From NCBI RefSeq assembly GCF_001194135.2, contig NC_068991.1, forward strand, positions 69,245,984 to 69,309,983: a stretch of 64,000 bases of DNA. The letters are read 5' to 3'. Of the stretch, positions 1-13,879 are shown in pieces. A program made the position numbers and the translations under genes. This stretch comes from Octopus bimaculoides. Taxonomy: Eukaryota. Numbering within the stretch: the stretch's first letter is position 1; the number at the start of each line of letters is the position of its first letter. The notes beneath the pieces were generated by a model, which saw nothing but the letters and a program-made list of their open reading frames with translations, did not search any database and was not told the DNA's origin.

Positions 1-67
<67 letters not shown>

Positions 68-75
68 ATATTTAT

Positions 76-284
76 GTGTGTCTTTCTGTCTGCGTTTGCC
101 ATCCCACATTGCTTGACAACTGATGTTGGTGTTCATACGTACTTGTAAGAATCCAGTAGAAGAAATGCTGGCCTTACAAATTATAAGTCCTGGGCTAGAG
201 TTCTACAGCTAAAAAACCTTGAAAGGTGGTGCTCCGACATGGGCGCAGTCAAATGACTGAGACAAGTAAAAGAATAAAAGAATA
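76..284 (+). mobile_element. SINE family A (octopus OK-like dimeric SINE), 3' half
   Basis: Follows (TG)n; contains CTTGACAACTGATGTTGGTG and GGTGGTGCTCCGACATGGGCGCAGTCAAATGACTGAGACAAGTAAAAGAATAAAAGAATA, matching the 3' half of the complete in-window copies (26661-27066, 53427-53822, 61688-62085). Confidence 0.85.
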
Positions 285-360
285 TGTGTGAGTCTGTGAA
301 TTAATATTGACAGATTTGTATGTGTATTATGTATACATATATAAATATGTATATGTCCTA

Positions 361-800
361 CTCCATGACTTTACCTTATACTCGTTCGGGCATTGTTTGC
401 TGACGTCGCGACCCGATTGCCCCACTTCATTTGGTCTTCTACTGCTCTCTGTGCGCCGGCGAATTTGATGCTAGATCCCTATCTATTCTTGAGCCTGTTT
501 TGCTTTCGTCTACCTTCCTATGTGACTAGCAGGTTTTTTCTTTGCTAGGTCGGAACTTTAGTGGTATAGCCATACCATTCCAATTTCTTTGTCTTTTCAA
601 TTGTCAAAAAATTCTGGGATGGTCCAATATATCGTGTTATTCTTATTCTCACTCCGTAATTGCTCAGTCATTTTCTGTATGATTTACGTTGGGGCCATTT
701 CTACCATCTCATTCCCTTTGGGCATATATATTCTCCATTTCTCAGTGTAACTTAATTCGGCCGATCACACCTGAAGATTAAAACGAAACTTCAAGCTTCC
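361..800 (-). mobile_element. Decayed RTE-clade LINE, 3' end of ORF
   Basis: Minus-strand translation, with stops, reads GMRW*KWPQRKSYRK*LSNYGVRIRITRYIGPSQNFLTIEKTKKLEWYGYTT...EGRRKQNRLKNR*...AQRAVEDQMKW. This follows the RTE C-terminal pattern EMRCY..ISY.DH.TNEEVR..I...IG....LLT.VK.RKL.WYGH...G.R.RGR...W...AV.DR.KW. Confidence 0.8.
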
Positions 801-863
801 CGAAAACTTCGAAATCATTGTCAACAACATTCTTGTGGAAGAATATAACATTTCTATAGCCTC

Positions 864-1021
864 AGGGGTGGGTGTGCGGTAAGAAGATTGCTAAGCAACC
901 ACATGGTTCCGGGCTGAGTGCTACTACTTGACACCTTGGAAAAGTGAATTCTAATACAGTCTCGGGCGCACAAAGGTCTTGTGAGTGGATTTAGTAGACT
1001 GAAACTGAAAGAAGTCCCGAC

Positions 1022-1022
<1 letters not shown>
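864..1022 (+). mobile_element. SINE family A, 5' half (tRNA-like head), running into (TA)n and an N-gap
   Basis: GGGGTGGGTGTGCGGTAAG...CAACCACATGGTTCCGGG...CCTTGGAAAAGTG...GTGAGTGGATTTAGTAGACTGAAACTGAAAGAAG is homologous to the heads of the other copies. Confidence 0.85.
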
Positions 1023-1053
<31 letters not shown>

Positions 1054-2796
1054 NNNNNNNNNNNNNNNNNNNNNNNNNNNNNNNNNNNNNNNNNNNNNNN
1101 NNNNNNNNNNNNNNNNNNNNNNNNNNNNNNNNNNNNNNNNNNNNNNNNNNNNNNNNNNNNNNNNNNNTATAATTATCCCACATATCGGCTTAACCATGAA
1201 GCAAACCCGAAAATTTGACTCACTAAACTGTATCATCAGACGGTAGCCGGCATAATGAATTAGGAGCTTTATTTGCACATCCCTAATGTTACCTGAAACG
1301 AATTAGAAAGATATATGTGTGTATGTGTGTGTGTGTGTCAAATGCATTATATATTATAGATACAGAACTGATATCGACTGAATACTAAATCATCAGTACT
1401 ACAATCTTGGAATATAGCAGTATATATCTTAATAATGTGTGACCGCTTTAAAAAAAACAAAAAACAAATGGTTTTACTACACAACCAAATGCACATACTT
1501 GCACTTGGGATGCATACAAATCTTTAGTTTTTCTCTTTGATATATATTTTTCATTGCTTTTTCAGTCCTAGTTTTTATTCCGAAACCAATTCCGCATTGG
1601 TGTGTCATGTTATATATCGTTCTATTTGGATGTTTATTATCCATACCATAACAAGGACTTTTCTAATTCCATTTTTAGCATACAATTTTAATTTTAGTAA
1701 ATAGTTCCTACTGTTTATGCCTATCTTCTGTGTGTTGCATCAGCCTCTATTATATAATGTTCGTTCCTTTCATGATACAAAGCTGTTTTCCTTGTTGTTT
1801 GGACATTTATATTCGTTCTCCCATTATTTATAGCAGATAATTTTGTCGTCTTACATTTGTTATGTTACAATACTCGTAGGCAAACTCTTCTCTGTGTTTA
1901 CATTCAAAACAAATCCGTGCCTACTTGTAGAGACGTATCCTAAGTGCAGTCAAGATTCTTTGTCTATTCAAGGAGAGTTTTAGGTTACAGCTGCAAATAC
2001 TATAAATATGGTTTATTACTGAAATAACTAGTGCCATTAACGAATTCTTTATTAATCATTTAATATTATATGTAATGTAAATATTAATGAGTTTAAAATA
2101 TTCCATCTTAATCTTTCCTGTCATATATTTTGTGAAAGCCTAATTTCTAACATATTTCTAAAACTCTGTTAGATATAATAAAAAAAAAACAAAAACAATC
2201 TGTATGTTTCTTAATTGATATTTTCTTAAAAGTTTCCTCATATTTAACGTTGCAANNNNNNNNNNNNNNNNNNNNNNNNNNNNNNNNNNNNNNNNNNNNN
2301 NNNNNNNNNNNNNNNNNNNNNNNNNNNNNNNNNNNNNNNNNNNNNNNNNNNNNNNNNNNNNNNNNNNNNNNNNNNNNNNNNNNNNNNNNNNNNNNNNNNN
2401 NNNNNNNNNNNNNNNNNNNNNNNNNNNNNNNNNNNNNNNNNNNNNNNNNNNNNNNNNNNNNNNNNNNNNNNNNNNNNNNNNNNNNNNNNNNNNNNNNNNN
2501 NNNNNNNNNNNNNNNNNNNNNNNNNNNNNNNNNNNNNNNNNNNNNNNNNNNNNNNNNNNNNNNNNNNNNNNNNNNNNNNNNNNNNNNNNNNNNNNNNNNN
2601 NNNNNNNNNNNNNNNNNNNNNNNNNNNNNNNNNNNNNNNNNNNNNNNNNNNNNNNNNNNNNNNNNNNNNNNNNNNNNNNNNNNNNNNNNNNNNNNNNNNN
2701 NNNNNNNNNNNNNNNNNNNNNNNNNNNNNNNNNNNNNNNNNNNNNNNNNNNNNNNNNNNNNNNNNNNNNNNNNNNNTATATATATATACATATATA

Positions 2797-2940
2797 CGAC
2801 GGGCTTCTTTCAAATTCCTTCACAAGGCTTTGGTCGGCCCGAGGCTATAGTAGAAGACACTTGCCCAAGGTGCCACGCAGTGGGACTGTACCCGGAACCA
2901 TGTGGTTGGTAAGAAAGCTACTTACCACACAGCCACAACT
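2797..2940 (-). mobile_element. SINE family A, 5' half
   Basis: Reverse complement begins GTGGCTGTGTGGTAAGTAGC (A-box-like) and has CCGGGTACAGTCCC (B-box-like), then GGCACCTTGGGCAAGTGTCTTCTACTATAGCC. Confidence 0.9.
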
Positions 2941-3893
2941 ATGTGTATATAAATATGTATCTATATGTATATATATATATATGCGTGTGAATATATATAT
3001 AGATACACACACACACACACACACACATACACACACATATATATATATATATATGCAGTTTGTCGCTCATGCGTACCTTTGTTTATCAACTACAGTAATC
3101 ATTTTCAAGTAATCTATTTAAAAAAAAAATTCCTGTATTATGAGATTACATGCCTCGTACCGGTACTCATCCTTGAGTCACATATCAGATAAACATCTGA
3201 ACGCTAGTCAGGATTGAAAGTAGAGAAATCTCTTTTCATATTTCTCATCCCATAGAAATGATTTATAAAAATGAATGATCAACGTACGCATAGTCTTTTA
3301 CCTCTTTCTCGACAACCAACATGTCTGAACACACTATGTCACGATTATCGTCGTGTAAATGAAACACTTTGTAGTCGCTACGTCATTTGTATTTCAATAG
3401 TATAAATTATAAATATTATTCGTTCATCTACTGGGTGGATAGAAACGTATCATAACTTCCTATAACACTCTTATCCATAGAAATGTCACTCATGTTTTGA
3501 AGTTTTCAAATTTAGCTGCTTGTAATCGTTACAGTCACATTAATAAACCGTATCATTCACACCTACATCACTTCTGTTTTTGAAAGATTGAAGGGTTTCT
3601 CGTGTTGGGGTGTGCAGTTACTTCCGCGTTATTACAATTTAGGGATTTACTCTCAAAGACAGGTTTGGGTCAGTAGTGTTGCCTTTCGTTTTTGTGAGAT
3701 GGTAGTTGATTCTGAGACTGTAGTGCTTTCAAAAGAGGAGAGATTTGATAAGATATTTCGGTTTCTTTCAAACATTCCTCTGCAACGTCATCGACGTCAT
3801 CATCATTAAATTAATTATCATCATCCATATATTGTGGTCAGAATCATAATCCTCTTCCACCAATCTTGTTTTCCTGCACTGTTGCCTTCTTCA

Positions 3894-3997
3894 GTATCGT
3901 CATCATCATCATCATCATCATCAAAATACACGTCATCAGCGTCGTCGTAAGTCGTAATCATTATCCTCGCATGACAACCACCACCACCACCACCACC

Positions 3998-4055
<58 letters not shown>

Positions 4056-4215
4056 GCAGCAGCAGCAGCAACAACATCAATAGGAGCAACAACAGCAGCA
4101 ACAACACGAACATCATCATCCTCATCAACAACACCATCACCATCACCATCATCATAATATTTATAATCATCATCGTGGTCATCATGATGATGTTCATGAT
4201 CATGATGATCACCAT

Positions 4216-4247
<32 letters not shown>

Positions 4248-4440
4248 CATTAAAACCACCACCACCACCACCACCACCACCACCGATACCAACAATAACA
4301 ATATCGACAACACCAACATGACCACCCCCCATCATTAACACTGTCATCAGCATTCTCATCACCATTTGCATCAACATCACCAATGTCGTTTTTGCCATCG
4401 TCGTCCACGTCGTCATAAGTCTTTCTCATCATGATTAGGA
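3894..4440. repeat. Compound trinucleotide microsatellite: (CAT)n, (ACC)n, (AAC)n, (AGC)n
   Basis: Visible directly; explains the poly-T/N/S/I/P ORFs in the track. Confidence 0.95.
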
Positions 4441-4862
4441 TTCTCAAATTACTTCATCTTCCGAGAAACAATAGCAAAGATGAAATAAATAACCTTTAGA
4501 AAAAAAAAAAACGAAATGAATATCTGTTAATTTGATACGATATAGTATATAAAAAGAAACTTCTAGACATAGAAATTAGATCAGACGGATGAAAAACAAT
4601 TTTTAGAAATGAATTCATATAAATAGCTTTGGTTCACATGCTTCCGTTCAAAGCTAATTTTCTGCTCCACTAAAACAATGCTACAAGACAAATAATACGA
4701 GCAAAAAAGAAAAAAAAATAACCTTTATGTAATACTTTGCATCATATTAATGAAAGGTATGTGCTAATGTTATCAGGTACATATATGAATGTGTCTGTGT
4801 GTGTGTATTCGCATGAGTTTCTTTGAATACATGCACACACAAATCACCACCCCATATATATG

Positions 4863-4926
<64 letters not shown>

Positions 4927-5231
4927 TATATACACACGCGTATATATACATATAAATGTATATATATATGTATATATATGTATGTANNNNNNNNNNNNNN
5001 NNNNNNNNNNNNNNNNNNNNNNNNNNNNNNNNNNNNNNNNNNNNNNNNNNNNNNNNNNNNNNNNNNNNNNNNNNNNNNNNNNNNNNNNNNNNNNNNNNNN
5101 NNNNNNNNNNNNNNNNNNNNNNNNNNNNNNNNNNNNNNNNNNNNNNNNNNNNNNNNNNNNNNNNNNNNNNNNNNNNNNNNNNNNNNNNNNNNNNNNNNNN
5201 NNNNNNNNNNNNNNNNNNNNNNNNNNNNNNN

Positions 5232-5262
<31 letters not shown>

Positions 5263-7691
5263 GCCTGTTTTTATCAGTATGTTTATATACCATATATAGC
5301 GTTACACTATGTTGTTCAGCTGAATTACAAACGATTTTTTTTATTTAATTAAGCATGCATGCATACATACATCCATCCATACATACATACATACATATAT
5401 ACATTCATACATACATACATACGTTTATTCGGGTCTTTAGTGAAATTATTCAAAGTGCATTTACAGTACCTTGAAAATTTTTCATTCTATTTGTCTAACC
5501 AAAAATTCCCACCTTCCTTACACTAATCCAATCCAGAATAAAAGATCCGAACTCTTCTCAAAGAACCGCCATGTAAGAAAATTATTGCTACCCAGCTTGA
5601 AAGTGGACCTAAACCAAGTTACGCATACAAAGCCTGGACGCCACGAATAACGTAGACATCCACATAACTAGCCGCATGTACACTGACGTTTCATGACAAA
5701 CCATAGAATCAAATTCAGAGCAATAGAAGAACATGTTAACGCTGAAAAGAATACTCTATCACTAAAGAGGTGTTTCACTGTAGCACAAATCTGCCAGATT
5801 TTAACAGCGCAAAATAGCGAACGCCAACGACGACAAATCTCACCATTTGAATAATAATAATGATATAAAGCCTTGCTCTACTACTTAGGAAGTAGTGCTG
5901 TTTCGTTACAGTGTGTACATTAGGAACTGTGTTCTTCCGTATAACCTTATTTAGGAAATTGCTTTGATATTTGTAAAAATGTAGGCAACTAGTTTTGCTA
6001 TGATGAGCGACTGAGTCTGCCGTTGTTTGACAGAAATCGTTAATGAAGAAATTCTTGTCTCATTCGTCTTTTCCTATTGGATGTTTCAACTTCAGAATTT
6101 TCCTTTGCTATTAATAATTTCAAACTCAGTACTCAGAACTACTTACATATGTCATGCGTACAATTACTGTCGTGAAAACAGATAATTAGGTAAGTATTTT
6201 AAATCTGATGACGACAGTATTCAGCAATGGTATAGTTGACCACAGCAAGCAAAAAATAAATATGAACAATAATATTTTTTTCTTTTTATAGTGTACGTTT
6301 CCAAGGTCGACACCTGAGTACATGCGTGCATGTGCGCATATGTACAGGTGTCTATTCTTTTAATTACAGAGCAGTAGAGAATCATAAATGAGCACCAATA
6401 CATTGTTGTAGTGGAAGTGTGTGTATTTGAGTTCAATCTATGTATGCTTTTGTTATACGTAAGGTAAAGAAGATTATAGAACTGGGAATAAAGTTTCTGT
6501 ATCATCAACCTCATCAGGGAAACTTTATCAGAGTGGAAAAATAAAGAAATAGAAAAGAAAGAGGAAGAGAAAGAGAGAAAATAAGGATATTGTTATGTCT
6601 CAAGCTACTGCTATCTAGCACCTTCGGATGATCTCTACTCAACCGCTACACAACTGCTACTCGACTGCTACTCGACTGCTACTCAACACACCTACCACGG
6701 CCAAACTACCTCTATTTGTATGACTTGGGAAATCCTACTTCTTCGCCTGCGGGCGTCGACACAACAGATATACCAACTGATGTTGCATGCTATCCCTCTG
6801 AAAATCTTACGACCGACTGAAATATTTAGTTATACAATTAGAATAGTTATAATAATTAGTGGTACTATGGGGGCTGGCTATAATAATTGGTGGCACTCTA
6901 GCGTCAGTTGAATATATAATACTCTTGGGGTATTTTGGTTAGGTCATAAATTAAAAGGGAAAAGTAAAAATACCGAGTTACGCAACTTAATATGATAAAC
7001 AGTTAACCATAAGTTATTTATCGATAATTTCCTAATCGATTAGCATAATTAAATGCGCCTATGTAAAATATATTTTTCTTCTTGGTTCGAAAGTTTAATC
7101 GATGAAAATACAGCAGATACTTCTCCTGTTCAAGAACATCCATTTGATTGATAACTGCCGTATTTCTTCAAATGCATAAGGTCGCTTACGTCATCTTTTG
7201 AATATCTCCGTATGATAAATATAAACCATGTGTTAAAGATTTAAAAATCTTAATGATACGCGTTATTTATGATTTACATATATACTTTTGTCCAAGCCAT
7301 CGCTGTGTTGGTACACTTTACAATATACTTGAGTATATGAACTTGGTCATAGAAAATGATTTTATGTTAGAAATAGTTTGCTAAATTTTTTTTCGTAACA
7401 GGTAATATTTTTGGTGATGTAATTATTTTTGTTACCTGCAAGTTTTCGAGAATATAAAATAATTGTAGTGTTATCCATAATTGTCAGTCAGAAATTATTC
7501 TGTCATAAAAAACGAGGATTATATTTCTTACAATAGGATTGAATATATCGTTATTAAAAATAGCATAATACATAAAAACATTTAACTATACATATACGAA
7601 ACACGTATATATATATATATATGCATGCTTTCCTGCATGTAATTATATATGCACACACACATACCACACACTCTCTCCTTCTATCTCAGAC

Positions 7692-7729
<38 letters not shown>

Positions 7730-8202
7730 AATACATATATATACATATACGCATACATGAATATATATATATGTATACACATATATGCACATATATATAA
7801 ATGAATATCTATACACATATATAAACATATATATGGATATATATATGGATATATATATATGGATATATATATATATATGTTTGTATATATGTGTATGTAT
7901 ATAGATGTAGTTTCATATATACACACACATATATATGTATATGTNNNNNNNNNNNNNNNNNNNNNNNNNNNNNNNNNNNNNNNNNNNNNNNNNNNNNNNN
8001 NNNNNNNNNNNNNNNNNNNNNNNNNNNNNNNNNNNNNNNNNNNNNNNNNNNNNNNNNNNNNNNNNNNNNNNNNNNNNNNNNNNNNNNNNNNNNNNNNNNN
8101 NNNNNNNNNNNNNNNNNNNNNNNNNNNNNNNNNNNNNNNNNNNNNNNNNNNNNNNNNNNNNNNNNNNNNNNNNNNNNNNNNNNNNNNNNNNNNNNNNNNN
8201 TA

Positions 8203-8236
<34 letters not shown>

Positions 8237-8778
8237 TTTATTTGAAGATGTGTTAAAAGAAACATTCATGGGAGCTGATTTGTGGTGGTAAAGAGATGAA
8301 TATTAGGCTTTCCCAAATAAAGAAACTTGGCTTAGAATACAAACAAACCCTGTACTAAAACAGCTTCAGAGTGAAAGAACATTAAACGATAAGATATACA
8401 TACATACATATATATGTATTTAAATATATATACATATATAAATATGTGTAGAGATATACATATGTATATATGGATGTATAATGTATGATTATAAATGTAC
8501 ATGATTATAGAAATACAGCAGAACTGAGGTGGCTTCTAAATAGATAACTTTAAACATAGAAAACTGATACTATGTGTCATTACGTTATTGCATTATTCTC
8601 TCTACTAAGCGACTCGGTTATGTTGACATTGCTGCTAGCCATACGTGGTTGTTGAAATGTGGTTAAGAATGAAATTAAAATTATTCGAGCGTAAACAAAA
8701 TAACAATGTTTAAAATAAAGATACCGAAGAGGATAAATAAATATATATATAAATATATATATGTGTGTGCGTGTGTGT

Positions 8779-8816
<38 letters not shown>

Positions 8817-10116
8817 TTATATATGTACATATATGCATATATATACATACATACATACAAACATATATATATATATATTTATATATGGATATGTTTGTAA
8901 ATATATATGCTTTTATACATATGGTTGTTTGTATATATATTCATATATACTTTCATATATATATATATATATATACATATATATTTATACATATATATAT
9001 TTATATGTGTGTATATATAATACATATATATATATATATATATATANNNNNNNNNNNNNNNNNNNNNNNNNNNNNNNNNNNNNNNNNNNNNNNNNNNNNN
9101 NNNNNNNNNNNNNNNNNNNNNNNNNNNNNNNNNNNNNNNNNNNNNNNNNNNNNNNNNNNNNNNNNNNNNNNNNNNNNNNNNNNNNNNNNNNNNNNNNNNN
9201 NNNNNNNNNNNNNNNNNNNNNNNNNNNNNNNNNNNNNNNNNNNNNNNNNNNNNNNNNNNNNNNNNNNNNNNNNNNNNNNNNNNNNNNNNNNNNNNNNNNN
9301 NNNNNNNNNNNNNNNNNNNNNNNNNNNNNNNNNNNNNNNNNNNNNNNNNNNCATACGTATGATAATGTAATTTACATCAAAAACAACCGCAAGTAGAATA
9401 TAATGTATTTGTCGAAAAAAAATGTAAATAAATAAAAAAAAATGAATCACCTGAAAAAATCCACACATCTCTTAACTTGATTTAAATCAGTTGCTGTTTT
9501 TTTTTTTCATTTTGTATTATACTCTTTTTGCTTTCTTTTTCTTTTATTTTATTTTCATCTTTATTTGTATTCATTGTTTAACTTGAACCGTCATCTGATG
9601 GAATAACCTGTTGGCAAATGATCCAAAAATGCAACAAATTCAAACAGCTCTAAACTATGAAACTAAACATAAATGCCATCTAGATCTTATTTCTTCCTCT
9701 ATCACATTTTAACCTCATGACGTAAAAATCCAAAATAGAATCAGAATGTGACAATAGTATATTTTAAATTTTTCTTTATTCGATTTCTTGTTTAATCAAC
9801 TTTCAGATTTGACCGAACAAAAATAGACACGAAATTTTTTGTTTTGCTAACAGCAAAAGCGTTTTCCCTAAGATGAGCATTTGGTATTTCGTTTCGAGTT
9901 ATATTCGATTGAAAGATCATGATTGCTAAATCGTATGTATATAAAGTCGAATTAACAAAGTCGCATTCGCACAAAGGTATACCTAATAGCTACGTATATG
10001 TATGCGTTTGAACATGTGTTTGTTTGTTTGTGCGCGCGTGTATGTGTTTGTTTTGTGTGAGTGTAAAGTGTGTGTGTGTTAGTGTTTGCTTCAATGTGTG
10101 TATCTGTGTGTGCACG

Positions 10117-10167
<51 letters not shown>

Positions 10168-11134
10168 NNNNNNNNNNNNNNNNNNNNNNNNNNNNNNNNN
10201 NNNNNNNNNNNNNNNNNNNNNNNNNNNNNNNNNNNNNNNNNNNNNNNNNNNNNNNNNNNNNNNNNNNNNNNNNNNNNNNNNNNNNNNNNNNNNNNNNNNN
10301 NNNNNNNNNNNNNNNNNNNNNNNNNNNNNNNNNNNNNNNNNNNNNNNNNNNNNNNNNNNNNNNNNNNNNNNNNNNNNNNNNNNNNNNNNNNNNNNNNNNN
10401 NNNNNNNNNNNNNNNNNNNNNNNNNNNNNNNNNNNNNNNNNNNNNNNNNNNNNNNNNNNNNNNNNNNNNNNNNNNNNNNNNNNNNNNNNNNNNNNNNNNN
10501 NNNNNNNNNNNNNNNNNNNNNNNNNNNNNNNNNNNNNNNNNNNNNNNNNNNNNNNNNNNNNNNNNNNNNNNNNNNNNNNNNNNNNNNNNNNNNNNNNNNN
10601 NNNNNNNNNNNNNNNNNNNNNNNNNNNNNNNNNNNNNNNNNNNNNNNNNNNNNNNNNNNNNNNNNNNNNNNNNNNNNNNNNNNNNNNNNNNNNNNNNNNN
10701 NNNNNNNNNNNNNNNNNNNNNNNNNNNNNNNNNNNNNNNNNNNNNNNNNNNNNNNNNNNNNNNNNNNNNNNNNNNNNNNNNNNNNATATATATATATATA
10801 TATAGTTACAAACGCACGCATTTATATATGAAAAAAATATTCTGGAGATGTTTTAAATCCTTGTCACATAAAACCTTAAATGACATTACTTAAAATCCAT
10901 AAAACAGCGTATCTGTATATTTTAACTACAAATGCCTTTTTTTCTGTTTTAATTTTTTCTTTTTTTTCTTTCTTTTTTTTCAGTCATTGTCCGCAAGTTC
11001 CTTTTCCGCTTCTAATTCTCGTTTATCAACAACTCTAACAATATTATGTGGTTGCTCGGTATGTCGTAAAACAACGGTAATGATAAATTTATTGAACAAG
11101 TGTAAGGGAGATGATAATATTGTACATCATTTGA

Positions 11135-11470
11135 AGGCGCAGGACTCGGTGGTTACAGCGCCGGGCTTACAATTGTGAGGTTGTGAGTTCGATTCGCAGA
11201 CCGGGCTATGTGTTTTGTTCTTGAGCAATACACTTTATTTCACGTTGCTCCAGTTCACTCAGCTACAGAAATGAATTGCGACGTTACTGGCGCCAAGCTG
11301 TATCGGCCCCTTTGCCTTTCCCTTAGATAACTTCAGCTGCGTAGAGAAGGGAAAGTGGTGTGCTTGGCTGACTGTTGGTCTTCCATAAACAACCCTGCGC
11401 GGAATTGTACCACTGAGGGAAAACTTTCAAAGTGCAATCCCATAGTTATTCATGACCGAATGGTGTCTTT
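11135..11470 (+). mobile_element. SINE family C (tRNA head plus CORE-like domain, OR-type)
   Basis: B-box GTTCGATTC at 11187-11195; CORE-like TTCTTGAGCAATACACTTTATTTCACGTTGCTCCAGTTCACTCAGCT; tail GTGCAATCCCATAGTTATTCATGACCGAA, with a similar tail at about 19280-19310. Confidence 0.8.
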
Positions 11471-12650
11471 GCCGTTATTCATGTGTGTATTAGTACGAAT
11501 ATATTTTTCCGTTAGTATTCGAAATGAGAAGTAGATGGACAGCCGACAAGAGTGAAGGGTCGTTCTTTCTGTTACTTGTCCTGCTTTCCATTTGTTTCTC
11601 TCGTTGTTTATGTATTCAACTCTTTTGTATTCGTATTTCATGTTGCTTACGGTTTGTGACGCCCTGTGCCCATATACGCATATATACATGTATGTATGTA
11701 CATATACATATATACATGGCCCCTTTTCTAACAGACACTGCTCCTTGCTACTTGGCTTTAGATGTTTGATATACAAAGATTTGATAAACAACACTATAAA
11801 TTAAAACTCCAAAAAACAGTGACCCAAAAAAAACAGTGACAAGCCAGATCTCTAACGAGTCCTTCTTCTTGATACCTTAGTAGCTTCTAGCTGAAGTGAA
11901 GACAGCATGTTCTTTGTCTATCTCCTTACCTTCTTGGAGGTTTTAGGTAAAATTATAGTAATGTGTCCATCTGTTTTAATTTAATTTAATTCTATGTATT
12001 TATGCTGCTGAGGATTGCTCTGCATTTAAATTGATGTAATGGTTGCATTGTTCAATTAAATGGAGTCGCTTGAAACTATCGTACTGCATTATTTCTGGAT
12101 ATCCTGTTGTCTATTTTGAATTTATATATTATCTATATATATATATATTCACATATACGTATATGTGCGTGTGTTTGTGTGTGTGCATACATGGATCTCT
12201 GCACTCAGTCACAAACTGATGCAGACACATACCAACATACGTATCCCAATGTATATTTGTTCCTTACTCGGGCAGAGTGGTCGCTGCTTCATTTGATAAG
12301 AGAATTTATAATAATTAATATGTAAGGATACATATTGAAATCACACTGGGAATTTTAAAAGAAATATTAACAATAACCCAAATTCGTGAATTATTAGACG
12401 GCAGAATCATCCAGTTATGTTTTATTTTTATATAATACCAAGTCATCTCTTTGGATTCGACTATGTAAAAGATCAAACAGTATATATGATAAAATTTGGT
12501 GACAAATTATTGCGAGATCATATCCGCATCTTCTATTTTCATCGGAGATGTTTTCTTAAACAGGTTGGATTCGAAGTAGAGCAACAACAATTGTTTCGAT
12601 TACAAAGCGCGATCTATAAATTTTCCATCGTTACTTATGTAGCGGTCACA

Positions 12651-12790
12651 TAGCGGTCTTATTCCGTCGTTAATTATATAGTGGTCTTATTCCGTGGTTA
12701 CTTACATAGCGGTCTTATTCCGTGGTTACTTATATAGCGGTCTTATTGCGTCGTTACTTATATAGCGGTCTTATTCCGTCGTTACTTATA
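12651..12790. repeat. 28-bp minisatellite, 5 head-to-tail copies
   Basis: Unit TAGCGGTCTTATTCCGTCGTTACTTATA at 12651, 12679, 12707, 12735 and 12763, with 0-2 substitutions each; a partial unit lies upstream from about 12624. Confidence 0.95.
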
Positions 12791-12974
12791 TAACAGTCAT
12801 ATTTTCGTGTACGTAGAGTGCGTTGTATGGAAACGTGTGAGTTACGTAAATTTGAGCTCTTTTTGTACAATCGCCTGTGAGAACACACCACGACGACCAA
12901 TGTCGTAGGAAATAAACTTATTCTGTTCAATACATATTTCATTCTATATATAGTTTAAATACATTTTGTCTTAG

Positions 12975-13085
12975 ACCGTCGGACGACATGCTCTGAGTTC
13001 AAATTCTGTCGAGATTAACTACGCTTTTCAAACCTTCGTGGTCGATGAATTAAAACACATTGGGGTCGATGTAACTGAATTACGA
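12975..13085 (+). mobile_element. SINE family B, decayed
   Basis: CTGAGTTCAAATTCTGTCGAG...GTGGTCGATGAATTAA...TGGGGTCGATGTAAC matches the family-B copy at 39500-39730. Confidence 0.7.
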
Positions 13086-13641
13086 TTTGCCTAAATCTCA
13101 CGAACTAAAATTTGAAACCATTGACATTATAGACAATCCAAGTTCTTTTTAACGAGGTATTTGAAGCGAAATAAGAAAAGGAAGCGACATTGTTATAATA
13201 CACTTTGAATGAAACAATACACGGAACTACAATTAAACAATACTCTGCAAGTCTCCAAACGAAATCGAAAGCTGTTTTCACCGAAAATAAGCTTGTAAAA
13301 TAAATTGGATGAATAAAGTAACATGGCGCATTAAAAGTTTCAATATTTCAGATCAGAGAGAGCGACTTGTTCCGTGTTTTTTGAACAGACATCGTATATG
13401 CGGAAAATACGTATTCGGTACATACATGGTCCTTCAGCTGACTAGACATGTAGATATGTAGGACTTAACAATCAGAACTCAGAAGAAGCAAAGACAAATG
13501 AAACAAGAGAGAAACGTCTTTGGTGAAAGATAGAAATTAAGTTTATCACATCGGTATAATCAATACTATGAAATATTAATTGTTATATTTTCAATGTAGA
13601 TACTTATTTGTAAAAATGTGACAACTATCGAGACACATATG

Positions 13642-13675
<34 letters not shown>

Positions 13676-13831
13676 TGAGTGAGTATGTATGTACGTGTGT
13701 GTGTATGTGTGCGCGCGCGTGTGTGTACGCCAATCTGTTGCGCGCGCGTGTGTACAGGAATCTGTGTGCGCGTGTGTGTTGTGCAGACGTATATGGATTA
13801 TAGATACGTTGATATATTTAAATCTGTCTGT

Positions 13832-13879
<48 letters not shown>

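Noticed and set aside
772-790. CTGAAGA-TTAAAAC-GAAAC, plus strand
   Set aside because: No stem II pairing.
3560-3800. GC-richer segment as a possible terminal exon
   Set aside because: Short frames, no recognisable product, and it is adjacent to microsatellites.
6493-6517. CUGAUGA...GAAAC hammerhead core, minus strand
   Set aside because: Stems I, II and III cannot be formed.
12651-12790. CRISPR-like regular repeat
   Set aside because: Units are contiguous with no unique spacers, there are no cas genes, and the context is eukaryotic.
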